Source: Candidatus Aminicenantes bacterium
GTDB lineage: Bacteria > Acidobacteriota > Aminicenantia > Aminicenantales > JAFGAV01
Length of the DNA stretch: 64,000 bases
Reading direction: 5' to 3'
NCBI GenBank assembly: GCA_963702835.1
Contig: OY969762.1
Span: 750,626-814,625, forward strand
The notes under the pieces were generated by a model. It saw only the letters and a program-made list of their open reading frames with translations. It searched no databases and was not told where the DNA came from. Positions within the stretch are counted from its first letter, which is position 1. Every line of letters starts with the position of its first letter. Shown here piece after piece: positions 1 to 9,530 of the stretch. The position numbers and the translations under genes were made by a program.

Positions 1-483
1 GTCGATGATGAAGAGGAAATCCTGCAGGCCCTGTCCAGGCTTCTGCGGAATCCGGCCTACGAAATCCGTTGCGCTCACAACGCCAAGGAGGCCCTGGCTC
101 AGGCCGAACAGTTCGGCCTAGACCTGGTGCTGTGCGATTATATGCTGGACAAGGCCATGAACGGCGTGGAATTGCTGCGGCAACTGGTTAAAAACAGGGG
201 AGATGTCATCACCATTCTCATGACCGGCTACGCGGATATCAAAATTGCCATGGAAGCGATCAACACCCTGGGGGTCTACAAATTTATCCTGAAGCCGTGG
301 GACAATGACGACCTCCTGGTGACCATCCGCCGGGCGCTGGAACAACGGGGCTTGATTCTGGAGAACAGGCGCCTCCTGGACGAATTGAAAAAGCGCGAAA
401 ATCTCATCGACCGGCTGGAACAGGAGCATCCCGGGATCACCCAGGTCGTCCGAGACAAGGACGGACGGATCATTCTGGAATAG
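1..483 (+). CDS. Response regulator receiver domain protein (5' partial; C-terminal coiled-coil)
   Basis: In-frame from base 1. The receiver fold (VDDEEEI...LVLCDYMLD...ILMTGY...KFILKPWD) has Asp and Lys at canonical positions, and a stop follows at 481-483. Confidence 0.8.
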   Translation, partial: VDDEEEILQALSRLLRNPAYEIRCAHNAKEALAQAEQFGLDLVLCDYMLDKAMNGVELLRQLVKNRGDVITILMTGYADIKIAMEAINTLGVYKFILKPWDNDDLLVTIRRALEQRGLILENRRLLDELKKRENLIDRLEQEHPGITQVVRDKDGRIILE

Positions 484-526
484 CCATGGCCGCCGCGCCC
501 AAAGCGCCGATGGGCCGAAACGACAC

Positions 527-1138
527 TTGAAAAAAACGATCAAGGTTCTGGCCGCGGAAGACAATATCGTCTCCCGCCGCATTCTGGAAAACTTAATCCC
601 CAAGTGGGGCTTCGACATCATTTCCGTGGCCGACGGACGGCAGGCCTGGGAAAAGTGGTCAGCGGACAGCGCCATTCAGATTGCCGTCCTGGACTGGATG
701 ATGCCGGAGCTGGACGGCTTGGATGTGTGCCGAATGATCCGCCAGGCGGAAAAGCCGCCGCGGATGACCTACATCATCATCCTCACCGCCCGCGGTCGCC
801 GGGAGGACGTCGTCCAAGGCTTGAGCGCTGGGGCCAATGATTACATCACCAAGCCCTTCGACAACGAAGAATTCCGCTCGCGCCTCGATATCGGACGCCG
901 CATGACGGAGCTCCAATCCGCCCTGGCCGATAGGGTCAAGGAATTGGAAAGCGCCCTGGCGGAGGTCCGGACCTTGCAGGGGCTCATCCCCATCTGCATG
1001 CATTGCCATAAAATCCGGGATGAAAAGGAAGTCTGGACGCGCATGGAAGAATATGTCTCCCAGCGTTCGGGAGCTAAATTCAGCCACGGCATTTGCCCGG
1101 ATTGCCTGAAAAAATATTATCCGGAAACCAAAAAATAG
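527..1138 (+). CDS. Response regulator: receiver domain plus C-terminal Cys/His-rich (CxxC...HGxCxxC) zinc-ribbon-like domain
   Basis: TTG start. The receiver fold reads KVLAAEDN...AVLDWMMPELDG...IIILTA...ITKPF. The C-terminus reads CMHCHKIRDEKEVW...FSHGICPDC. Confidence 0.8.
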   Translation: MKKTIKVLAAEDNIVSRRILENLIPKWGFDIISVADGRQAWEKWSADSAIQIAVLDWMMPELDGLDVCRMIRQAEKPPRMTYIIILTARGRREDVVQGLSAGANDYITKPFDNEEFRSRLDIGRRMTELQSALADRVKELESALAEVRTLQGLIPICMHCHKIRDEKEVWTRMEEYVSQRSGAKFSHGICPDCLKKYYPETKK

Positions 1139-1149
1139 GCCGGGCCTGT

Positions 1150-1707
1150 TCAGCGAGCCCTCAGACGGGGCAGGAAACGCGGGACTCGGGCCATGTACGG
1201 ACGATAGTCCGGCAACCGTTGAAGAAGGTCGAACTCCTCGAACCTGGTCTGAATAAAAACCCAAACGATCCCCACAGCGCAGGCCAGGGTAACCGCCCGG
1301 GTCGGCCTGAGAAGAAATAGGCCGATGAGCTCGAGAAACATGCCGGAATGAATGGGGTGGCGTACCCGGGCATAGAGCCCCTCCTGGACCAAGGAGTCGC
1401 GGGCCGAGGGCTTGGCCGCGCGCGCTCGAATGGCCAGGAGGGCGGCTCCGATAATCAGGCCTCCTCCCGCTAGAAAGATCCAGCCCAAGACTTGGGTCAG
1501 GGGCCGGGGCGCCCAGAGCCAGGGCGATGGCGTCCCGAAGGCGAGAGCATAGCCCAAAGCCCAGACCGGGATGCCGAGGATATTCCTCAGAATGAAGGTG
1601 GCCAAAGAACCGCGCTGCTCACCCCACCGCCTCGAAAAAGTCGCGGTAAATGCGCTGGCCAGGTTGAAGAGGAAGCCGAGCAACAAGGGGAGAAGATAAA
1701 TACCCAT
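1150..1707 (-). CDS. Isoprenylcysteine carboxyl methyltransferase (ICMT/PEMT-like) family membrane protein
   Basis: The hydrophobic protein ends in ...YARVRHPIHSGMFLELIG, the hallmark ICMT/phospholipid-methyltransferase C-terminal motif. The start is taken at the internal Met (MGIYLL). Confidence 0.65.
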   Translation of the reverse strand: MGIYLLPLLLGFLFNLASAFTATFSRRWGEQRGSLATFILRNILGIPVWALGYALAFGTPSPWLWAPRPLTQVLGWIFLAGGGLIIGAALLAIRARAAKPSARDSLVQEGLYARVRHPIHSGMFLELIGLFLLRPTRAVTLACAVGIVWVFIQTRFEEFDLLQRLPDYRPYMARVPRFLPRLRAR

Positions 1708-1812
1708 TACAGCCTCAACAGGGCACAATTATCCTAGGGCCAATAACTGTTTATTGCAATTCTTATCATGTTTTTCTTAAAATGATAGCCCCGTCGTCTA
1801 AGGCGGGTCGTA

Positions 1813-3405
1813 GTGTCTTCCTCAGGAGCCGGAGTCATGGCCGATAAAAACGCTTCTTTTGCCCTGTCCAACCCGCTGGCCGTGCTGCTGGACAAAGATC
1901 CCCGGGATTTCCAACGGTCGGATTTCCTCAAAGTCATCCACGGCCGGAACATCGAACGCATCACCTTCCACTACACGGCCCTGGACGGCAAAATCAAGGA
2001 ATTGAAATTGCCCGTGGCCGACAGCGACCAGGCCGAGAGCATCCTGGCCGAGGGCGAGCGAGTGGACGGCTCCTCGCTGTTCAAAGGGATGGTGGATATG
2101 GGGCTCTCCGACCTGTACGTGGTGCCGGTTTACCGGACCGCTTTCCTCAGCCCCTTCGACCCGGGCAGCCTTGATTTCATCTGCCGCTACTTGACCAAAG
2201 ACGGCCAGCCGGCGCCTTATGCCCTGGACAACATCCTGGCCCGGGCGGCCGATCTATTTCGCCGGAACACCGGCCGGGATATTTACGCCCTGGGCGAGCT
2301 GGAATTTTTCCTGCTCAGCGACACAGCCCCGAACTTCTATCCCGCTCCCAAGCAGATGGGCTACCACACCTCCGGGCCCTTCCTCAAGAGCGGCCAACTC
2401 TTGAACGAAATGGTCCATCACATCACTCAGATCACCGGGGCGGTCAAGTACGCCCACAGCGAAGTGGGTTTCGTGGAGAGCGTCCGCAGCGACCTGGAGG
2501 AGATCAGGGGCAAGCGGGCCGAGCAGCTGGAAGTGGAGTTCCTACCCCGGCCGGTAGAAGAAATGGCCGACGACCTGGTCCTGGGCCGCTGGCTCATCCG
2601 CAACATCGCCTATCGAAACGGCTGCGTGGCCACCTTCAGCCCCAAGATCGAAGAAGGCATCGCCGGCAACGGTCTGCATTTCCACATCGAGCTCCTGGGC
2701 CAAGGACGGAACGTCATGACCGGGCCGGACGGCAAGCTCAGCCCGGAGGCCCGCCGCCTCATCGGCGGGCTGTGCCACTATGCCGACTCGCTGACGGCTT
2801 TCGGCAACACTTGCTCCTCGGCCTACCTGCGCCTCGTTCCCAATCAGGAGGCGCCCACGCGCATCTGCTGGAGCGACTTCAACCGGAGCGCCATGATCCG
2901 GGTGCCCCTGGGCTGGGCCAACCTCCCCGACCTGGCTCCCCGCGTCAACCCCGGCCAGAAAACGGAGTTCCACGACCGGCGCGGCCGGCAGACGGTCGAG
3001 CTGCGCAGCCCGGACGGTTCGGCCCTCATCCACTTGCTCCTGGCCGGCATCGTCATGTCAACCGACTGGGCTTTCAAGGAAGACCGTTCCCTGTTCAAGG
3101 ACAACGGACCGTTGGAGCTGGCCGAAAGGCTCTATGTCAAGGGAAACATCTTCACCGACCAGGAACTCCTGGCCCGGCTGCCGGTCCTGCCCACCAGCTG
3201 CGTCGCCTCCGGCCGGCTTCTGGTCCAGAAGCGCGAGCTCTACGAGCGCGACGGCGTTTTCCCGGCCAGCATCATCGACTATGTGGCCGGCCTGCTGGCC
3301 AAGGAGAATGATGAGTTCATGAACCAGAAGCTGGCCGACCTGCCGGCCGACGACCGGCTGCTCGAGACGCGCCGGATCATGCACAAGGACCTCCACCGGC
3401 ACTGA
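1813..3405 (+). CDS. Glutamine synthetase family protein (GS catalytic domain, GlnA-like)
   Basis: Carries GS catalytic motifs ...GNGLHFHIEL... and NRSAMIRVP..., and is about 530 aa. Confidence 0.7.
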   Translation: MSSSGAGVMADKNASFALSNPLAVLLDKDPRDFQRSDFLKVIHGRNIERITFHYTALDGKIKELKLPVADSDQAESILAEGERVDGSSLFKGMVDMGLSDLYVVPVYRTAFLSPFDPGSLDFICRYLTKDGQPAPYALDNILARAADLFRRNTGRDIYALGELEFFLLSDTAPNFYPAPKQMGYHTSGPFLKSGQLLNEMVHHITQITGAVKYAHSEVGFVESVRSDLEEIRGKRAEQLEVEFLPRPVEEMADDLVLGRWLIRNIAYRNGCVATFSPKIEEGIAGNGLHFHIELLGQGRNVMTGPDGKLSPEARRLIGGLCHYADSLTAFGNTCSSAYLRLVPNQEAPTRICWSDFNRSAMIRVPLGWANLPDLAPRVNPGQKTEFHDRRGRQTVELRSPDGSALIHLLLAGIVMSTDWAFKEDRSLFKDNGPLELAERLYVKGNIFTDQELLARLPVLPTSCVASGRLLVQKRELYERDGVFPASIIDYVAGLLAKENDEFMNQKLADLPADDRLLETRRIMHKDLHRH

Positions 3406-3457
3406 GCGGTTGGTTAGAACAAGTTCCCGGAAAAAATGATGACAGGGATGCTGGCTG

Positions 3458-6400
3458 TTATTGATTTTTACGGGAACCCATGTCCTCCACGGGCAGCCAT
3501 ACCGCCATCTCGCCCTGTCCGCGGTGGGCCCAGGCATAGTAGGGGATGGCTGTCAGGTCCTGAGCGGAGCGGAGGACTTTTTTGCCGTCCTTGGACATGC
3601 GCATCGCCGTAGCCCGGCCTTTGAGCACGACGATGCCGCCGAGCAGGTCGTCCCTTTTCTGGGTTTCAAGCGCCGCTCCGGCCGGCAGGGCCAGGTTGGA
3701 CACCTGGCCCAGGTTGTCCATTGCTTCTAGGCAATAGACCATCGGCCCGCGCTCGAAAGCGACACGGCCCAGGTCATCCCTGACCAGCAAATGGGCCTTG
3801 ACCCGGCGCGCCGGCATGGGCAGTTCCACCTCGATCAGGTCGCCCCTGGCCCACAGCCGGGTGATCTTGACGAAGCCCTTATCCAGGTCCAACGGGATCG
3901 GCCGGCCGTTGAGTTTTAGGGAGGCCGTGGGCTTGAGTCCGTCCTCGTATCTGTAGAGGTCGCTGGGCACGGGTTCGCTCCTGGCCCAGCCGGGAATGCG
4001 CACAGCCACGGTGAAGTTCCGGCTGGTTTTGGGGTCGATGAAGATCCGGACCGTTCCGGCCCAAGGATAATCCGTGCTTTGGCGGACCTGGACGTCCAAG
4101 CCCCCGCCGATTTTCAGGCTCGCGCTGCAGTCGGCGAACAGGTTGATGTAAAGGACATTGTCGGCCACGGCATAGATGTAGCCGGGCAGGGAGGGGATAA
4201 AGCGGGAGATGTTGGAAGGACAGCAGGCGCAGGCGAACCAAGGGCTCCTCTTCTGTTCGCCGCTGGAGGCCAGGGGGTTGGAATAAAAGAACTGGTCGCC
4301 GCTGAGCCCGACGCCCGACAGGATGCCGTTATAGAGCAGGCGCTCCAGGATATCGAGATACTTGGCCTCACCGCTCAACAGGAACATCCGATAGTTCCAT
4401 AGGGCCGAGGCGATCGAGGCACAGGTCTCGCAGTAGGCCGTGGCGTTGGGCAGGTCGTAGTCCGGGCCGAAGCCTTCGATACCGCCCACCGCGCCGAGGC
4501 CGCCGGTCAAGTACATCTTCCGGGAAACGGCGCTCTGCCAGATTTTGTCGAGGGAAGCTTGGTAGGCTTCGTTGCCGGTCAGGGCGGCCACATCCGCCAC
4601 TCCCGAGTAGAAATAAGCCGCCCGCACGGCGTGGCCCACCGGTTCGGTTTGTTCGTTGATGGGCAGGTGGTCCTGGGCATATTCGCCGAAGGACTCGCGG
4701 TCCACGGGCCGGCCGCGCTCGTCGATAAAAAATTTGGCCAGGTCGAGGTATTTGCGCTCGCCGGTCAGACGGTAGAGCTTGACCAGGCCGATCTCGATCT
4801 CCTCATGTCCGGGCAGGCCGTGGCGCAGCCCCGGGCCGAAGACGCCGGCCACCAGGTCGGCATTCTTGAGGGCCACCTCGAGCAGGTTCCTCTTCCCGGT
4901 GGCCTGGAAGTGGGCGGCCGCCGCCTCGTAGAGGTGCCCGGCATTGTACAGCTCATGGCCGTAGCGGAGGTTGGACCAGCGCTCCCGGCTGTCCACCCAG
5001 ATGAGGAAGGGGTTTTCCTGGAAGATGGTGCGGGCCGTATAGAGGTAGCCGTCCGGCTCCTGGGCCGCGGCGATCTTGGAGATGAGCGCGTCGAGATTGC
5101 TATCGAGCTCGGGGTCGGGATGGGTGTGGAGCGAATAAGCGGCGCCCTCGATGATCTTATAGACGTCCGAATCGTCGAAGGGATATTTAGTGGCGAACTT
5201 CCGCTCCCGGGCCGTGCCGGCCAGCACCGCGGCGGCGTTCTCGAAATTGCGGATACGGCCGGTCTCCTGGCACTGCCGGAAGGCGTAAGGAATGGTCACA
5301 CTGCGGTTCGTCTCCAAGCGCGGCGCCCAGAAGCGGTCGGTAAGCTGCACCTCGGTGAAGGGCACGGGCCTGATAGGATAGTCGGGCTTCACCGTATCCA
5401 GCAGCTCGACTTCATAGACCAGGGTCGTCCCGGGCGATATGACAAAGCGCTTTTCAGCGGGCCTCTGTTTGGCATAAAAGCCGCTTTTTCCGTAAGCCAG
5501 CGCCGCGGGGGCAATGAGGATCCTCTTGCCGCCTTTTTTCATGGCGGCCAGAGCCGACTCCAGGGCGGGAGTGAGATGCGTCCGGCCCGGCTTATAGAGG
5601 AAAGGCTGGGCCGGGGAGTCGGGCCCGGGCCGCCCTTCCTCGGCGCTGCTGGCGAAGCTCTTGCCGGCCAAAGTCAGTCCGGAATAGCGGACTTTGAGCC
5701 AGACCCCTTTTTCCGGATAGGAGCCCTGACCCTCTTGGAGGACGATATATTTCAAACCGGAGGGAGTCGAAAAAGCCTTGGGCCAGTTGGCCTTGATGAT
5801 CCTATCTTCTTGTTTTTGTTTTAAAACATCGGCTTCAGCCTGACGCACCTTGGCGGCTTCGACCATACGCCGGAAGGAAGCCGTATCGGGCCTGAAGGCG
5901 TTGGCCAGAGGGCCTTGCCGCACGATCTCCACGCTTTTAATGATGTCTCCCTGGACGATGGCCTTCACTACGTCCATGCCCTCCACCACCCGGCCGAAGA
6001 CCGTGTAGTCGCCGTCCAGGTAGGATCTGTCGGCCAGGGTGATATAGAATTGGCTGCTGTTGGTGTGGGGGCCGCTGTTGGCCATGCCCAGGATCCCCTC
6101 CCGGTCATGGCTCAGGCCGGGAACGATCTCGTTGGGGAAAGTATAGTCCGTTCCCTCCGCGCCCTCCCTGTCCGGGGCCCCGGCCTGGATGACATGGCCG
6201 GCTACGACGCGGTGGAACCGGGAGCCGTTGAAGAAGGGCCGGCCCGGGGGGAATACGCCGTTCTCGATCGTGCCCTCGGCCAGCCCGACGAAATTGGCCG
6301 TGGCCAGGGGCGCCTTCTCGAACTCCAGGGACAGCAGGATGACGCCCTTGTTGGTATTGAGCCGGGCGTAAAGTCCGACCGGCAAGGTCGTTTCTGTCTG

Positions 6401-6468
6401 AGGGAGAAGGCTGGCTCCCAGGAGCAGCAGGGCCAGGCCCCAGGTAATTTTCCGCAGCATTTTTTTCA
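3458..6468 (-). CDS. Secreted multi-domain protein: signal peptide, cyclophilin-type PPIase, FKBP-type PPIase and GH127 (beta-L-arabinofuranosidase/DUF1680)
   Basis: Start is taken at MKKMLRKITWGLALLLLGASLL (signal peptide). The cyclophilin block reads HRVVAGHVIQAG...SQFYITL...TVFGRVVEGMDVV. The FKBP block reads LKYIVLQEGQG...LIAPAALAYG...LVYEVELLD. The C-terminal ~650 aa match GH127/HypBA1-like glycoside hydrolases (RFWAPRLETNR...GHELYNAGHLYEAA...). Start is approximate to within about 3 nt. Confidence 0.8.
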
Positions 6469-6636
6469 TCTGTGCCTCTCTTCCATTTTGGCAAAGCACC
6501 ATTCTAATATCAAGCCATTCCTGCGGCCAGCGGGCCTCATTTTTCCCGGCGGCCATCTCCACTCGAACCACTCCGTGGGGCGAATCGTATATAATATTGA
6601 TTACATTAATAAGACCTATCAAAGTGGAGGAAGACC

Positions 6637-6915
6637 ATGGCTGACACGAGCAAGAGCAAGTTCACGGTCAACGGTTCCGAGCTTATCGAGGCCATCAAAA
6701 AGCTCATTCACGAGGGCAACATCCGGCGCATCCGACTGCTCCAGGATGACAAGCCGCTGATCGACATCCCCTTGACGGTGGGGGTCATCACCGTCCTGGC
6801 CGCGCCCGTGCTGGCGGCCATCGGCGTCATCGCCGCCCTGGTCAGCAAGTGCACCATCGAGGTGGAGAAGGTCGAGGACGTGAAGGCCGGGGAGACGAAG
6901 CCTAAAGATAAATAG
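6637..6915 (+). CDS. DUF4342 domain protein
   Basis: Good RBS (ggagga). The sequence FTVNGSELIEAIKKLIHEGNIRRI...IPLTVGVITVLAAPVLAAIGVIAALV is characteristic of DUF4342. Confidence 0.55.
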   Translation: MADTSKSKFTVNGSELIEAIKKLIHEGNIRRIRLLQDDKPLIDIPLTVGVITVLAAPVLAAIGVIAALVSKCTIEVEKVEDVKAGETKPKDK

Positions 6916-6930
6916 GCCGGAGGCCCGGAG

Positions 6931-7902
6931 CTATTTGAACCAGAGCTTCTCGGCGTTCTCCACGGCCACCTTATTCCTCACCCCCGGGTCCAGCCTCTTG
7001 AGCAGGGTGTTGTAGCGGGCCATGGCCTTGCCCAGGCTGTCGAAGTGGCCGCACAGGTCGCTGCCCAGGCAGAATCGGCCGGGGAAGCGGTGGATGAGGT
7101 CGAGCCAATGCTTTTTGGGCTCCAGGTCGTCGCAGATGACGTCGTCATAGACTACCCAGGCCAGGTCCACGTAAAAATCCGCATAGCGGCTGAGGAAGGT
7201 CTCCACCATTTCGTGGTATTTCTTATGGAAAACGCGCCGGGAGATGCCGCAGTGGGCCCAGACGAAGATGGTTGAGGGAAACTTCTCCAGCACCTCCTCG
7301 ACCTCGTGGAGATGCTCGTAGTCGTCGTGGATGCTGACCGAGGTGCTGTTGTGGTGGATGAGGACGGGCAGTCGGTTCCGTCCGCACAGGCGATAAACCT
7401 CGAACAGGGCCGGGTGGTTGATGCGGGCCACTTCCTCGTTGGTCAGGTTGGTCAGGTCGTCGTGCCGGAGCAGGAGTTCGCCCACTCCCCGCCAGAACGG
7501 ATAGCGCTCCAGTATCCGCTCCACGTCCCGCACGGCGTACCGGTCGGTGGGGTTGAACCCGCACAGCAAGGGGGCGAACCGCCGCTGGTCCTTCTTGGCC
7601 AGCCGGGCGATCTCCAGGGCCAGGATGTCGTCGGTTTGGGGATAATAGTAGCAGCGGGCGTTGTCGTCCAGGTAGTAGTGGGGCGGATGGGGTTCGAAAA
7701 AATCCCATTTCTTTTTCACCGGCAGGCCGAAAACGACCGCCTTGACGATGTCGGCGGCGTCCATGGTTTTGAGCAGCCGGCGGATGCCGTCCGACTCCTG
7801 GATGAAGTCCACGAAGTGCAGATGGGCGTCGATGACGGGGAAAGCCGGCCGGCTTTCCGGGTGGCTGTGGATCTTGTGGTGAAAATGCGAATTGTAGCTC
7901 AT
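6931..7902 (-). CDS. Amidohydrolase-2 family metal-dependent TIM-barrel hydrolase
   Basis: The VIDAHLHF motif sits near the N-terminus, with conserved His/Asp later (HCG...D) and overall amidohydrolase_2 architecture. Confidence 0.65.
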   Translation of the reverse strand: MSYNSHFHHKIHSHPESRPAFPVIDAHLHFVDFIQESDGIRRLLKTMDAADIVKAVVFGLPVKKKWDFFEPHPPHYYLDDNARCYYYPQTDDILALEIARLAKKDQRRFAPLLCGFNPTDRYAVRDVERILERYPFWRGVGELLLRHDDLTNLTNEEVARINHPALFEVYRLCGRNRLPVLIHHNSTSVSIHDDYEHLHEVEEVLEKFPSTIFVWAHCGISRRVFHKKYHEMVETFLSRYADFYVDLAWVVYDDVICDDLEPKKHWLDLIHRFPGRFCLGSDLCGHFDSLGKAMARYNTLLKRLDPGVRNKVAVENAEKLWFK

Positions 7903-8148
7903 GGGAGAAGGTGGAGATAATAGGGCATGACCTTGGCGGATGTCAAGCTTAAGAAAATATTTAAGAAAATACTTGCTTTCTACAAAATGTCTGCTATAAT
8001 TTGAGCAATTCCTTGCTGGGCTGGCTGGGCAAGGACAAACCCTTCTTTATAATCCCCCTTAATAACTTAATTTTCCCCCAACAGCCAGCACCTCTATCAA
8101 GGAATTCAAGGGATGAATTATTTTCAAAAAAAAGGCATGGGGGGCCTT

Positions 8149-8178
8149 GACAAAGGGTCCCGGCCCTTTTATCATATA
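8149..8178 (+). promoter_or_regulatory. Sigma70-like promoter (TTGACA-17 bp-TATCAT) with an inverted repeat (AAGGG...CCCTT) in the spacer; candidate ArsR operator
   Basis: The sequence ccTTGACAaagggtcccggcccttTATCATataaac lies about 30 nt upstream of the arsR-family start. Confidence 0.4.
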
Positions 8179-8207
8179 AACGGATATTGATATTAATGAG
8201 AATTGAT

Positions 8208-8552
8208 ATGCAGGATTGGACCAAGCTCAGGTTGTTCTTTCAGACGCTGGCCGACGCCAACCGCCTGCGGATCATCAAGGTCATCGGACAGGAGCGGCGC
8301 TCGGTCTCGGAAATCGTGGAAGCCACCGGTCTTTCCCAGCCGCTCGTCTCGCACCACCTCCGCCTGATGCGGGAGCAGGGCATCCTGGAGACGCAGCGGG
8401 AGGGCCCCTTCATTTATCACCGGCTCAAGGAGACCCGGCTCCTGGAGGCCCTGGGGTTTTTCGCCGAAATCGCCGCGGAGTCGCAAAACGACAATAAAAT
8501 CCGGAGGACGTTCTGCTGTCCACCCCGGTTGAATCGGGACAAAAGATATTAA
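8208..8552 (+). CDS. ArsR/SmtB family metalloregulatory transcriptional repressor
   Basis: The winged HTH reads LADANRLRIIKVI...RSVSEIVEATGLSQPLVSHHLRLMREQGILETQREGPFIYHRL. Start is taken at MQDWTKL. Confidence 0.75.
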   Translation: MQDWTKLRLFFQTLADANRLRIIKVIGQERRSVSEIVEATGLSQPLVSHHLRLMREQGILETQREGPFIYHRLKETRLLEALGFFAEIAAESQNDNKIRRTFCCPPRLNRDKRY

Positions 8553-8564
8553 GGAGGACATCAC

Positions 8565-9179
8565 ATGGGTTTAAAAGAAAAAATGGCCGAAAAGTGGATG
8601 GGCAACATGAACCCCCAGCAAAGGCAGGAGATGATGGAGGCCATGATGGACAACTTTTTTTCGAAAATGTCCGCCGCGGAGAAGGCCAAAATGATGGAAA
8701 CGATGATGGAAAAATTCATGGCCGGTTTAAGCCCCGAAGAAAAGCAAGCCATGATGGGAACCATGATGCCCAAAATGATGGGCAGCCTGATGGGCGGACA
8801 GGGGTCTCCCCAGGGCGGAATGATGGGCCTAATGATGGGTCAAGGCGGTTCGATGAGAGAGATGATGTCCAGGATGATGGCCGGCCGCAGCGAGGGCCAG
8901 GGTGAAAGTCCCTGGGACATGTGCCGGAAGATGATGGCCTCCGTCAGCCGGGCCTCGGAGATGGCCTCCTTCGCCACTCCCGAAGTGCGCAGCCTGTTTG
9001 AAGAATGGGCGGCCCAGATCGAGGAGGAAGTCCTGCTCTATATCAAGGAGACCCAGATCACCGATGCCGACCAGATCGCGGCCCGCTTCAAACTGTCTAA
9101 AAACAGCGCCAACTTCTTCCTGACCCGCTTGGCCCAGCAGGGCAAGATTTCCCTCAAGGCTGAGAAAGCCGCTCTATGA
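8565..9179 (+). CDS. Methionine-rich protein (about 34 Met in the first 150 aa; tandem xxMMExMM repeats) with a winged-helix-like C-terminus
   Basis: A strong RBS (aggagga) sits 7 nt upstream and the gene starts 13 nt after the arsR stop. The repeats are QEMMEAMMDNFFSKMS / AKMMETMMEKFMAGLS / QAMMGTMMPKMMGSLMG. The C-terminus is ...ITDADQIAARFKLSKNSANFFLTRLAQQGKI. Confidence 0.7.
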   Translation: MGLKEKMAEKWMGNMNPQQRQEMMEAMMDNFFSKMSAAEKAKMMETMMEKFMAGLSPEEKQAMMGTMMPKMMGSLMGGQGSPQGGMMGLMMGQGGSMREMMSRMMAGRSEGQGESPWDMCRKMMASVSRASEMASFATPEVRSLFEEWAAQIEEEVLLYIKETQITDADQIAARFKLSKNSANFFLTRLAQQGKISLKAEKAAL

Positions 9180-9530
9180 CTTCTTCCGGAGACAGCGGTT
9201 CTTCAGGCTCTTGAACTCCGTACCATCCGGCAGGCCCATATACATTTCATAGACGTACTCATCAGGCCTCACCATCCGGGTGATGTAGCGGATGGGAGTC
9301 GTTCCCCCCATGGGGTCCGCCCAACGCCCCGAATCCGTCCATGTCTTTTTCGCCGCGTCGTAGGTCCCCGACAGCAGGAAGAATGCCGTCGAGCTATTGT
9401 CGATCCAGAAGGTGAGGTATTTTCCCGGCATGTTGTCGTAGCCGACGATCTGGATCCCTTCGAAGGGCTGGCCCATCATCGTGCCGCTGTACTTCATCAT
9501 AATGAACCGGCCGCCCAGGATGGAATTCAC
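9174..9530 (-). CDS. DUF1579-like hypothetical protein (possibly N-terminally truncated)
   Basis: GTG start with an in-frame TAA immediately upstream. The Gly/Trp-rich pattern ...LGGRF...GQPFEG...YDNMPGKY..WIDN..GTYD... is typical of DUF1579. No signal peptide is present. Confidence 0.3.
   Translation of the reverse strand: MNSILGGRFIMMKYSGTMMGQPFEGIQIVGYDNMPGKYLTFWIDNSSTAFFLLSGTYDAAKKTWTDSGRWADPMGGTTPIRYITRMVRPDEYVYEMYMGLPDGTEFKSLKNRCLRKKS

Noticed and set aside
4559-5824. 421-aa plus-strand ORF inside the GH127 fusion gene
   Set aside because: Antisense artefact (GC-rich, Gly/Arg/Val-rich, no recognisable domain); the minus-strand gene is strongly supported.
7903-8207. Possible small RNA or mobile-element remnant in the AT-rich 300-bp intergenic region (including the aagaaaata x2 direct repeat)
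   Set aside because: The region is best explained as a divergent promoter region (amidohydrolase minus / arsR plus) with sigma70-like elements. There are no terminal inverted repeats or coding remnants.
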